Assembly: GCA_036126975.1 (NCBI GenBank)
Contig: JAYYRS010000489.1
Coordinates: 1-30,358, forward strand
Direction: 5' to 3'
DNA from: Myxococcota bacterium
Lineage (GTDB): Bacteria; Myxococcota_A; UBA796; UBA2385
Length of the DNA: 30,358 bases
Each line of letters begins with the position of its first letter. Position 1 is the first letter of the stretch. The position numbers and the translations under genes are program-made. The notes under the pieces were generated by a model. That model made no database searches. It saw only the letters and a program-made list of their open reading frames with translations, and was not told the origin of the DNA. This document shows, one piece after another, positions 1 to 8,256 of this stretch.

Positions 1-536
1 CGGTCCGGCATGAACGCCACCCGACCCTCCACACCAAGCCCGGACCGGAGCCGCTGCATCCACCCCAGGCGGTACATGCGGGCCGACACCAACGGGCTTC
101 CGTCGGATGCGATCCCCAGTGTGGCGATGCCCGCCGGCGAAGCGGCCGGCGCTGGGGGCTTCTTCACTGCCGGGGGGGGCGCAGGCGGGGCTGCCACGGG
201 GGGCGGTGCCGTGAGCTCGGGCGGAGCTGCCTGGTCGCCGAGCCAGCCGTCGTCCGCCCCGCCGCCGACCGCTGCGCCCGATGCGGCGGCGGTGCCGGCC
301 AGCTCGCGGGCGATCTCCAGGATCGCAGACGGCGCCGACCGCTCCGCCAGGCACGAGACCACACCCGGGGACAGCTTCTTGGCAGAGCTGCGGAGCGTGC
401 TCGCGACGACCTCCGTGCTCAGCCCGTCGTCGAGCATGAGCATGATCTCGTCGCAGGACAGGGCCCAGCCCGGCCGCGGCAGGGCCCAGCCCAGGGCCAC
501 GATGGTCGCGAGCACGGTGGCTCGGGTTCGGCGCAT
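1..536 (-). CDS. Secreted hypothetical protein with Pro/Ala-rich linker; partial, runs off the left edge
   Basis: Hand translation from ATG 536 (GGAG SD upstream): MRRTRATVLATIVALGWALPRPGWALSCDEIMLML... is open to position 1. N-terminus resembles a signal peptide. Absent from the ORF track because no stop lies in the window. Confidence 0.75.
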   Translation of the reverse strand, partial: MRRTRATVLATIVALGWALPRPGWALSCDEIMLMLDDGLSTEVVASTLRSSAKKLSPGVVSCLAERSAPSAILEIARELAGTAAASGAAVGGGADDGWLGDQAAPPELTAPPPVAAPPAPPPAVKKPPAPAASPAGIATLGIASDGSPLVSARMYRLGWMQRLRSGLGVEGRVAFMPD

Positions 537-578
537 GGTCTCCCCGCGGAGTGGGTGGCGGTGCGGCCCGCTGCGACG

Positions 579-2057
579 CTACCGCAGCGGACTCTTGGCC
601 TGGCAGATGTCCAGACCCCGGAGGAAGTCGTTGGGACCGAGGGCGAGGTCCTCCACGCACTGGGCGTAGCCCTTGGATGCGTTGCAGACCTCGACACATC
701 TTTCCGCGTCGAACGTCTCGGCGAACCTGTACTTGGGGGCCGTGTATTCGGACTCGTCGACATCCCCCGACCGGGACGCCTCCCGGGCCTCGTTGATCCA
801 CGCGGCCCGCGCCGCCGCCATCCGCGCCTCGTAGAGGCTGGGGATCGCGTTGCACGCCGCATCACAGCGACCCGCGCGCGTCAGCCGCTCGTCGAAGTCG
901 GGGTTGCTGACGCCGCCGGGGTCGCGCCCTTCCGACGGCTCGTCCAGGTACGCGAGGCTGGTGTTGGTCTGGGCCGGGTCGATCAGCCGGAAGGACTTGA
1001 TCTGGGGCCAGGCGCCCGCCGGGAGCGGACCGACCGCGACCTCGGAGTCCCGCGCGGTGAAGGCGAGCTCGATGTCGCAGTCGCCGCTGGTGCGCTGGGC
1101 GGACACGGTCGCCTTCGCCTCCATGGTCTGCATGCCGTACCAGGCGTTCCGGTCCCCGAGGAGGTGCATCTCCTGCTTGGGCAACGCGACCTTCTGGCGG
1201 GCGACCGGGTAGACCACCTCCTTGCTCAGGTCGTCGAGCCGGGCGGCCCCCGTCTTCAGTGCAGTGGTGAAGAGGGCGCGCTGCACGGCGTAGCCCAGGT
1301 CGAGGGGGATCTCGCGGCTCGTGCCGGAGATCCGCCAGCGGGCCGCCTTCACGGCCTCGGGGTCCAGCTTCGCGACGTCGCCGATGATCTCGACCGGGAT
1401 CTCGATCACCCGCTTCTTCTTGGTCGTGACCCGCAACACATCGTCGGCATCATCCGCGACCAGCGGCTTGGGCGCGTACAGCGTCAGGCGCAGGTCCACG
1501 GGGCTCCGCGCACCCTCGAGTGCGCCCAGCACCCCCGAGAACAGCACCGACCCCATGGTGCTCGTGTTCAACGCAACCGGCTCGTTCTTGATCTGGCCCA
1601 GGATCTGGTCCCGGGGCTCGATCGCGTCCGCGGACACGCCGAGCTGGTCGAGGAATGCGTCGGCCATGTTGTCTGCGACCGTCAGCCGACCGCGGATGTC
1701 ATCGCCATCGCCGAAGCAGAACCGCTCGCCGCGCGTGGCCGACCCGAGCGCGGACCCGACCTGCTTCAGCGTCGACGTGATGGAGCCGGACGCGCCCCAC
1801 CCCACGGACACCAGGTACTGGTAGCCGTCGTCGGTGGCCTTGAACTCGCCGGAGCGGGCCTTGGCGCGGAGGAGCTGCGAGGCCAGGGCTTCGGTCAGCG
1901 AGTCTCCACCCGTGACGCTCGCCACGGCGTTCGCCTCCCGGTTGTCCATCGCCTCCCGGTAGGCCTCGGCCTGGCGGTACTCGGCGAGTTCCTTGCCGGG
2001 GGCGGGGGCAGCGTCCGCGCTGCCGACGAGGCTGAAGAGCAGGATCGAGGAAAGCAT
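579..2057 (-). CDS. Secreted hypothetical protein (492 aa) with Cys-rich C-terminus
   Basis: Signal-peptide-like MLSSILLFSLVGSADA. Its start overlaps the upstream gene's TGA by 1 nt (TGATG). C-terminal CDAAC...CVEVC...C...C. Confidence 0.8.
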   Translation of the reverse strand: MLSSILLFSLVGSADAAPAPGKELAEYRQAEAYREAMDNREANAVASVTGGDSLTEALASQLLRAKARSGEFKATDDGYQYLVSVGWGASGSITSTLKQVGSALGSATRGERFCFGDGDDIRGRLTVADNMADAFLDQLGVSADAIEPRDQILGQIKNEPVALNTSTMGSVLFSGVLGALEGARSPVDLRLTLYAPKPLVADDADDVLRVTTKKKRVIEIPVEIIGDVAKLDPEAVKAARWRISGTSREIPLDLGYAVQRALFTTALKTGAARLDDLSKEVVYPVARQKVALPKQEMHLLGDRNAWYGMQTMEAKATVSAQRTSGDCDIELAFTARDSEVAVGPLPAGAWPQIKSFRLIDPAQTNTSLAYLDEPSEGRDPGGVSNPDFDERLTRAGRCDAACNAIPSLYEARMAAARAAWINEAREASRSGDVDESEYTAPKYRFAETFDAERCVEVCNASKGYAQCVEDLALGPNDFLRGLDICQAKSPLR

Positions 2058-2995
2058 CAGTTACCCCCTTCGGCCGCCTTGGCGGGCAAGAAGCTGGCTT
2101 GCAGTCGGAGCGGCGTATCGGCCCGGCGGTATCGGACCTCGCCACGGAGGGTGTCGCAGACTGCGGCGACGGGGATGGTGGACTCGACCTCGGTCTTGCC
2201 CGCCTTCGGCACCCGCTCGGTGATGGCGAGGCTGGACTCGCTGAGCGCGACCTCGACGGCGGCGGGCATGGGGAGCTCGTGGTCGTCGATGGCGCGGAAT
2301 GGGAGGCCGTCCTCGGTGATGACGAAGGACACGACCGCCACCCAGGGTGCGACCCGCTCGAACTCCTGGTCCACGAGCGCGGCCGACAGGATCTCGAACG
2401 AGGCATTCCCCTCGACGACGGACGCCGAGATCGGCGCCGGAGCGCGCTCCTTGGCGATATCAGCCGGCACCACGAAGCTCCGGGGCGCCCGCTTCTCGAG
2501 ATCCTTGAACGCCGCCGTGTGCCCCTTGTGCAGGGCCCGGAGCGCGGCGAGCTCCCGGCGGAGCGCCGACTTCGTGCCCTCACCCATCGCGTCGAAGCCC
2601 CGGGGGACCTCCGAACGGACCTCGAGGGTGGCGGGGACCTCCTGGTCCTTGCTGGACCACGTGTCCGGCTCGAGCGGGATGGCCGTGATCCGCATGACCG
2701 GCGTCTCGTCCGGCGCCTTGAGCACGTCCAGCACGCGCTCGACGGCTTCCTGTTCCGCGGCGACCTGCTCGGCATGCAGGTCACGGAGTTCTGCCTCAGC
2801 GGCGGCGAGCTTCTCGACGGCCGAGCAGCCCTCGATGCCGTCGGTCAGGCAGTAGCGCCGCAGGCCTTCCGTATCGTCCAGCTCATATCGCCGGACGTTT
2901 TCCAGATTTTCTGCCGGTGGGGACGGCGGAGCGGGCTTCGCGCACGCACTGACGAGTGCGGCGGCGGCCGCCAGTAGAAGGTGGGTCCTCAGCAC
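2057..2995 (-). CDS. Putative lipoprotein, unknown function
   Basis: GTG 2995 has GGAGG 5 nt upstream, preferred over TTG 3022. Hydrophobic stretch ends in lipobox-like LVSA-C, followed by a Pro-rich linker. Confidence 0.8.
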   Translation of the reverse strand: MLRTHLLLAAAAALVSACAKPAPPSPPAENLENVRRYELDDTEGLRRYCLTDGIEGCSAVEKLAAAEAELRDLHAEQVAAEQEAVERVLDVLKAPDETPVMRITAIPLEPDTWSSKDQEVPATLEVRSEVPRGFDAMGEGTKSALRRELAALRALHKGHTAAFKDLEKRAPRSFVVPADIAKERAPAPISASVVEGNASFEILSAALVDQEFERVAPWVAVVSFVITEDGLPFRAIDDHELPMPAAVEVALSESSLAITERVPKAGKTEVESTIPVAAVCDTLRGEVRYRRADTPLRLQASFLPAKAAEGGN

Positions 2996-3040
2996 AGATG
3001 CCTCCAGTTGCCGATGGCGCAATCAAACCTTCGCTGCACG

Positions 3041-3137
3041 GTCTCCGCGCGGCGACGCCGGACTGTAGCAGGGGGGCTACCCCGACATCCCTGCAGTGTC
3101 ACGAAATGTCGTCCAGGGCTGTCCCCGCGCGGCGACG
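3041..3137. repeat. 17-bp direct repeat pair (GTCTCCGCGCGGCGACG / GTCCCCGCGCGGCGACG), 80 bp apart
   Basis: Copies at 3041-3057 and 3121-3137, 16/17 identical, intergenic. Confidence 0.6.
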
Positions 3138-3200
3138 GCCACCCCGTTCGGGTCAGCCCGGGCGCGGCGCGGGGGCGCGGGGCGGCTCCCCACAGCGGCT

Positions 3201-4229
3201 TCATCCACCCAGGGCAGCCAGCTGCGCGAGGGCCTTGTCGTAGCGCGCCCGCCGCTGCGGCGAAAACAGCATCCCTGCATCCTCGTAGATGAACTCCCCG
3301 AACCGCGGCACATCGTCGTCGTGAAGGTCGAACCAGTGGTTGCCCGCCTTGCTGAGCTGGATCTCGGACACGTTCCAGCCGCGCTGGCGCAGCGTCTTGT
3401 GGAGGTCCCGCATCCGCCGCGGCTCCGGATGTGAGAACGCCAGGCCCAGCCGGCGCTTCTTCTTCCGGAAGCACAGGATCCCGCACACGTCCGTCACACC
3501 GCGCCAGAACTCCGCGCTGTCCGAGCCGGAAACGGAGACGATCGTGCTCAGGGCCGCCGGATCGGGGAGGTCGCGCCCGCGGAGTGTCAGGATGTGTTCC
3601 TCGACCTCACCCCGCGGGGAGAGGTGGGGTCGGTGGATGTTGAACCGGGGCCGACGCTTCCGGGTCTCCTGGATCGCCGCATCCCATCCCTCCAGGAACA
3701 TCGCACCGACCGCCGCATCCGTGGTGACGATCTGGACCTGCTCGTCGCTCCGTCGCCCCTTGCCGAAGGCGTAGCCCCAGAAATACCGCTGGAAGGGGTC
3801 TTCGCTTGGCCGCTCCGGCTCCAGCTGGAAGCGGCTGCCGTACGCCTCGACCCAGGACCGGAAGAAGGCGTGGTGCTCCGGGATGGGCTCCTTGTCGCCC
3901 GCCCAGTTGTAGAAGCTGGGGAAGGTCATCGTCAGCGGCGGCTTCTGATCTTCGCGAACGCTCGCGGCATCCGGCCAGAAGCCCAGCACCGGGGTCATGC
4001 CCTCGCGCTCCCGGATCGCCGCGTAGGAGAGCGTCCGGTGTCGAAGATGCAGGTGACTTCGGGACTCGGAGGTCGCCGCGCTGCGGTGGTACACCGTCAC
4101 CCAGTCCCCATGCTCCTTGATCGCCAGGTCGTCCCCGCGAAGCTCGGTCGTCCCGTACGGATTGCGGAGGATGACCACCTTGCAGCGGGACAGCATGTGG
4201 CGGACGAGTCGGGGCAGGGTCCAGGTCAC
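3201..4229 (-). CDS. ChuX/HutX-like domain fused to a degenerate LAGLIDADG-like domain; candidate regulator
   Basis: GTG start with GGAGG SD. N-terminal ~140 aa align by hand at about 45% identity to 16355-16843. C-terminal half has two LAGLIDADG-like helices (YFWGYAFGKG, EFWRGVTDVCG) and the tail FGEFIYEDAGM...RRARY. CDS is secure; domain calls are by eye. Confidence 0.8.
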   Translation of the reverse strand: MTWTLPRLVRHMLSRCKVVILRNPYGTTELRGDDLAIKEHGDWVTVYHRSAATSESRSHLHLRHRTLSYAAIREREGMTPVLGFWPDAASVREDQKPPLTMTFPSFYNWAGDKEPIPEHHAFFRSWVEAYGSRFQLEPERPSEDPFQRYFWGYAFGKGRRSDEQVQIVTTDAAVGAMFLEGWDAAIQETRKRRPRFNIHRPHLSPRGEVEEHILTLRGRDLPDPAALSTIVSVSGSDSAEFWRGVTDVCGILCFRKKKRRLGLAFSHPEPRRMRDLHKTLRQRGWNVSEIQLSKAGNHWFDLHDDDVPRFGEFIYEDAGMLFSPQRRARYDKALAQLAALGG

Positions 4230-4432
4230 GGAAGGCCTCCGGGCGTTTGGGTCACGGCCGCACCCTGCGTCCTATTCCAACTTCCCTCCCGATGTCGCCG
4301 TTTGGGCTCGTCCGCCGACTCGATGGCACGCGGACGGCCGCGACACCGTGGGCGCCGCACCCGCGCGGAGGGGCCCCACCAACGGCGCCCCCAGAGCGGG
4401 GTTCTCACGGCACCGGCACATCGGAAAAGTGA

Positions 4433-4461
4433 TTGTCTCGTCCTCGACCCTCCGTTACGTC
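4433..4461 (+). promoter_or_regulatory. Weak sigma70-like promoter candidate for the cbi operon
   Basis: TTGTCT (4433-4438), 17 nt, TACGTC (4456-4461), just upstream of the riboswitch. The -10 lacks the final T. Confidence 0.3.
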
Positions 4462-4477
4462 AGTTGCCTTCCATACG

Positions 4478-4624
4478 TCTCCCCAGGGCTTAGGGAAGCC
4501 GGTTCGAATCCGGCACGGGCCCGCCACCGTGATCGGTCAGGCTCTGTCACCAGGCCACTGGGTCGTTGACCTGGGAAGGCGACAGGGACGACGGCCGTAA
4601 GTCGGGAAACCTTCCTGGGCGAGA
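4478..4624 (+). ncRNA. Cobalamin (B12) riboswitch
   Basis: AGGGAA (4492), T-loop arm GCCGG-TTCGAAT-CCGGC, ACGG-GCCCGCCA-CCGT arm, GCCACTG...TGGGAAGGC, and 3' AAGTCGGGAAACC. Closing helix TCTCCCCAGG (4478-4487) pairs with CCTGGGCGAGA (4614-4624). Lies upstream of cbiA. Confidence 0.92.
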
Positions 4625-4867
4625 AGACCACCGGTCCTCGGGTACAGGACTGCGTCCTCCGCGTGGGTCGTGCCGGGAATCTCTGGTACGCCGCGCTCCC
4701 CGCCAGGCCGCCCACGCCTGCCGCCGGGACCCGGACCGACGCACTTCCCTCTCCGGGGCCGGTCGCCCCGAGCACCGACGCCTCGTGAACCGCAGACCCC
4801 CCATCTCCCCGCAACCGGCCGCCCCGGCCCGTCTCCTCCCCGCCCGACGGCGCGCCGAGGGCCGGTC

Positions 4868-6280
4868 GTGACGGGCCTGCCAACCATTGTCGTCGCGGGC
4901 ACCGGATCCGGCACCGGCAAGACCACGGTGGTGTGCGCCTTGGCTTGTGCGCTCGCGGACCGGGGACTGGACGTTCGGCTGTTCAAGGCCGGGCCGGACT
5001 ACCTGGATCCGACCTTCCACCAGGCGGCCCTCGGTCGGCCGTCTCGCAATCTGGATGGTTGGATGACCGGCGAGGGCGGCGTCCTCGCCACCTTCACACG
5101 GGGAACGGCCGCGCTGGAAGGACCAGGCATTGCGATCGTCGAGGGCGTGATGGGCCTGTTCGACGGCCGCTCACCGGATTCCCTCGAAGGATCCGGCGCA
5201 CAGCTCGCGCAGCTCCTTGGCGCGCCGGTCGTGCTTGTGGTGGACGCGAGCGGAATGGCCCGGTCTGCCGCTGCCGTGGTGGAAGGCTTCGCCAACCACG
5301 CCGACGGCGTGGACGTGCGCGGCGTAGTGCTGAACCGTGTCGGTTCAGCCCGGCACACGGACATCATCCGACAGGCCCTGGACCGAGCCCGGACGCCCCA
5401 CCCCGTCACCACGCTCGGGGGCCTGCCCAAGAACCACGACCTCTTCCTGCCCTCCCGCCACCTCGGGCTGATGGCCGCCCACGTGAGCGAAGCCACCCGG
5501 ACCGAGGCCGCGCGCGCCCGATGGCGTGCCGCGCTGTCACAGTGGGCGACGGAGCACATCGACCTCGACAGCCTCCTGGCCCTGGCGTCGACCGCACGTC
5601 CCCCCTCGGGGGGGGCCGACGCGCCGCGCATCCCCGTGTCCCGCGCACGCATCGGCCTGGCGATGGACGATGCCTTCCACTTCTACTACCTCGACAATCT
5701 CGACCTCTTGCGCGAGGCGGGTGCCGAGCTGGTTCCCTTCTCGCCGCTGGCCGACACCCAACTCCCCGCCAACCTGGACGGGCTCATCTTCGGCGGCGGC
5801 TACCCGGAAGAGCACGCCGCCGCCCTGGCGGAAAACCGCGACTTCCGGTCGGCGGTCCTCGAATTCGCCCGCAGCGGGCGACCCGTCTACGGCGAATGCG
5901 GCGGCCTGATGTACCTCGGCGATGCCCTCACCGACGCGCAGGGAACCCGCCACCCCATGGTCGGGGCGCTCCCCACCCTCACGGCCATGGAGCCGAAGCT
6001 GCGTTCGCTCGGCTACCGGGAGGTCACCACCACCGCAGACTCCCCCGTGGGCCCTGCGGGAACCGTGTTCCGCGGCCACGAGTTCCACTACTCCGGGCTG
6101 ACCGACGACGGTGGGTGTGCCGATGTGTATCGGTGGACGGGGCGGCGGGGGTCGGGGACCGGCGGATTCCTGCGCGGTCGGGTCCTGGGCTCCTACATCC
6201 ACGCCCACTGGGGAAGCAATCCGTCCGTCGCCGATGCCTTCGTGTCTGCATGCGCTGACGCGCGGGGGGCGGGAGCATGA
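4868..6280 (+). CDS. cbiA: Cobyrinate a,c-diamide synthase (CbiA/CobB)
   Basis: IVVAGTGSGTGKTT P-loop, FKAGPDYLD, IVEGVMGLFDG, LPSRHLGL, glutaminase GECGGLMYLG, GHEFHYS, GSYIHAHW. GTG 4868 with GAGGG SD. Confidence 0.95.
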   Translation: MTGLPTIVVAGTGSGTGKTTVVCALACALADRGLDVRLFKAGPDYLDPTFHQAALGRPSRNLDGWMTGEGGVLATFTRGTAALEGPGIAIVEGVMGLFDGRSPDSLEGSGAQLAQLLGAPVVLVVDASGMARSAAAVVEGFANHADGVDVRGVVLNRVGSARHTDIIRQALDRARTPHPVTTLGGLPKNHDLFLPSRHLGLMAAHVSEATRTEAARARWRAALSQWATEHIDLDSLLALASTARPPSGGADAPRIPVSRARIGLAMDDAFHFYYLDNLDLLREAGAELVPFSPLADTQLPANLDGLIFGGGYPEEHAAALAENRDFRSAVLEFARSGRPVYGECGGLMYLGDALTDAQGTRHPMVGALPTLTAMEPKLRSLGYREVTTTADSPVGPAGTVFRGHEFHYSGLTDDGGCADVYRWTGRRGSGTGGFLRGRVLGSYIHAHWGSNPSVADAFVSACADARGAGA

Positions 6281-6375
6281 TGCACACGGATGCCATGCCG
6301 GCTCGCTGCCGGGCCTCGGTTGCGGGCGAAACCGTCTGGCCCACGACGGCACGACGCGGAGGGCGGAACCCATGA
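6277..6375 (+). CDS. Possible 32-aa bridging mini-ORF
   Basis: ATG overlaps the cbiA stop (ATGA) with GGGAG SD; its TGA overlaps the cbiD start (ATGA). MMHTDAMPARCRASVAGETVWPTTARRGGRNP; no recognisable homology. Confidence 0.35.
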   Translation: MMHTDAMPARCRASVAGETVWPTTARRGGRNP

Positions 6376-7586
6376 GTTCGTCCCGCGTTCCCAAGGACCG
6401 CTCGAAGATGCGCACCGGATTCACCACCGGTGCCAACGCCTGCGCGGCGGCGGTCGCCGCCCTGCGCGTCCTGACCGGACACGAGCTGGATCCCTGGGAG
6501 GGCACACTGCCCGAGCTCACCGCCGACCGGTATGACACGCTCGTGGGATCCGTGACGATCGCGATCCCGAACGGCGACCGGGTCCGGTTTGCGGTGCGGA
6601 CAGCCGAGCTCGATCCGGACGCCGCCGTCCCAGTCGCCCGATGTTCGGTGATCAAGGACGGCGGAGACGATCCCGACTGCACCCACCGGGCAGAGATCTG
6701 GGCCGCGGTGCGGCTCACCGAGCGCCCGGGTGAAGTCGAACTGATCGGCGGCCCAGGCGTGGGCCAGATCACCCGGCCCGGACTCGGCCTCCCGGTGGGC
6801 GGGCCTGCCATCAACCCCGTCCCTCGGCGCAACATCACCGAGCAGCTCGCCGAGCTCCTGCCGCCGGGCGCAGGCGCTGAGGTGACCATCGGCGTCCTCG
6901 GTGGCGAGGAGATGGCCAAGAAGACCCTCAACGCACGCCTGGGCATCGTGGGCGGCATCTCCATCCTCGGCACGACGGGCATCGTGCGCCCGTACTCTAC
7001 GGCCGCGTTCCGCGCGTCCGTCAGCCAGGCCATCGATGTCGCCGGGAAGCTCGGACTGCAGGAGATCGTGGTGACGACCGGTGGTCGCTCGGAACGGTTC
7101 GGGCAGGCCCTGCGAAACGACCTGTGTGAACAGGCCTTTGTCCAGATGGGCGACTTCGTCGGCCATGCGCTCTCCCACGCTTCCCGCACCGGCATCCGTC
7201 GGATCACGATCTGCGGAATGATGGGCAAGCTGTCGAAAATGGCCGATGGCCGGACCATGACCCATGCCAAGGGCTCCGCGGTCAACATGGTGCTGCTCTC
7301 CGACCTCGCCCGGAAGGCCGGCGTTCCCGAGGAGACCTGCGCCGAGATCCTTGATGCCAACACGGGCCGCCATGTCGCCGAGCTGGTGACGGCCACGGGG
7401 CACCAGGATGCCTTCTTCGGGGAGATCTGCGAGCGCGTGCAGGTCGTCCTGCTCGACCATCTCTCCGCCCGATTCCCCGAGCCCCCCGAGCTGTGCGTCC
7501 TGTTCGTCGACTTCGGCGGAGCACTGCTGGGCCGCTGGCCGGCCCACGCCCTCACCCCCCTCTCGCAGGAGACCATCGATGCCTGA
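6372..7586 (+). CDS. cbiD: Cobalt-precorrin-5B C1-methyltransferase
   Basis: RTGFTTGANAAAA, VIKDGGDDPDCTH, GGPGVGQITRPGL, PAINPVPR, KTLNARLGIVGGISILGTTGIVRPYS. Confidence 0.95.
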   Translation: MSSSRVPKDRSKMRTGFTTGANACAAAVAALRVLTGHELDPWEGTLPELTADRYDTLVGSVTIAIPNGDRVRFAVRTAELDPDAAVPVARCSVIKDGGDDPDCTHRAEIWAAVRLTERPGEVELIGGPGVGQITRPGLGLPVGGPAINPVPRRNITEQLAELLPPGAGAEVTIGVLGGEEMAKKTLNARLGIVGGISILGTTGIVRPYSTAAFRASVSQAIDVAGKLGLQEIVVTTGGRSERFGQALRNDLCEQAFVQMGDFVGHALSHASRTGIRRITICGMMGKLSKMADGRTMTHAKGSAVNMVLLSDLARKAGVPEETCAEILDANTGRHVAELVTATGHQDAFFGEICERVQVVLLDHLSARFPEPPELCVLFVDFGGALLGRWPAHALTPLSQETIDA

Positions 7587-8256
7587 GACCACGGGAGACA
7601 TGCGCCAGATGACCGGCACCGGACGCCGCATCGAAGACAGCAGCTTCGACATCGTCAACCGGGAGGCGTGGCCCCACGACTTCGGGGAGGCCCACTGGGA
7701 GGTGGTCCGTCGCATCATCCACGCGACGGCCGATTTCGAGTACAAGCACCTCACGCGATTCTCCAAGGATGCGATCGACCGTGGCGCGCAGGCCTTCGTC
7801 GACGGGGCACCGCTCTACGTCGACGTCAAGATGATCCGGGTCGGGCTCAACGCCCGGCGCCTGGACCACTACGGCTGCACGGTCCATTGCTATGTGAGCG
7901 ACGAAGACGTCATCACCCAGGCCAAGGCCGAGAACTCCACGCGGTCCGCGGTCGGGGTGCGCAAGGCGTGGCAGCAGGGACTGCTGGAGGGCGGGATCGT
8001 CGCGGTCGGCAATGCGCCCACCGCCCTGCTCGAACTCGTCCGATTGATCCGGGAGGAGGGCGTGCGGCCCGCCCTGGTGGTGGGAATGCCCGTGGGCTTC
8101 GTCAATGCCGCGGAGAGCAAGGAGGAGCTGATCGAGCTCGAACGGGACGGCATCGAGGTGCCCTGGGTGATCACCCGAGGACGGAAGGGCGGCAGCACCG
8201 TCGTGGTGTCTGCGCTGCATGCCTTCATGTCCATTGCCGCCGGTGACCTCCGTTGA
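7579..8256 (+). CDS. cbiC: (Cobalt-)precorrin-8 methylmutase (CbiC/CobH)
   Basis: IEDSSF, RRIIHATADF, AVGNAPTAL, VGMPVGFVNAAESKE, GRKGGS. Confidence 0.95.
   Translation: MPETTGDMRQMTGTGRRIEDSSFDIVNREAWPHDFGEAHWEVVRRIIHATADFEYKHLTRFSKDAIDRGAQAFVDGAPLYVDVKMIRVGLNARRLDHYGCTVHCYVSDEDVITQAKAENSTRSAVGVRKAWQQGLLEGGIVAVGNAPTALLELVRLIREEGVRPALVVGMPVGFVNAAESKEELIELERDGIEVPWVITRGRKGGSTVVVSALHAFMSIAAGDLR

Noticed and set aside
555-2855. 766-aa plus-strand ORF
   Set aside because: Antisense shadow of two better-supported minus-strand genes; typical of high-GC DNA.
3201-3800. Intein or active mobile homing endonuclease
   Set aside because: No HINT splicing motifs or C-terminal His-Asn, no interrupted host gene, and both catalytic acidic positions are substituted.
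3201-4229. WhiA ortholog
   Set aside because: No recognisable WhiA C-terminal HTH; the extra domain is N-terminal and ChuX-like. WhiA is used only as an analogy.
4240-4310. Second cobalamin riboswitch on the minus strand (AGGGAAG at 4281-4287) and a CGTTTGGG repeat
   Set aside because: No T-loop arm, GCCACTG or 3' ACC motif follows; the 8-bp repeat is too short to support.
4498-4514. tRNA-like T-arm GCCGGTTCGAATCCGGC
   Set aside because: It is the T-loop arm of the cobalamin riboswitch; there is no cloverleaf or acceptor stem.
4670-4867. 66-aa N-terminal extension of CbiA in the ORF track
   Set aside because: Pro-rich and low-complexity; the CbiA P-loop begins right after GTG 4868, which has an SD.
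5537-7766. Long minus-strand ORFs opposite cbiA/cbiD
   Set aside because: Shadow frames with no recognisable motifs, opposite clear enzyme genes. The same applies to the other antisense ORFs across the operon.
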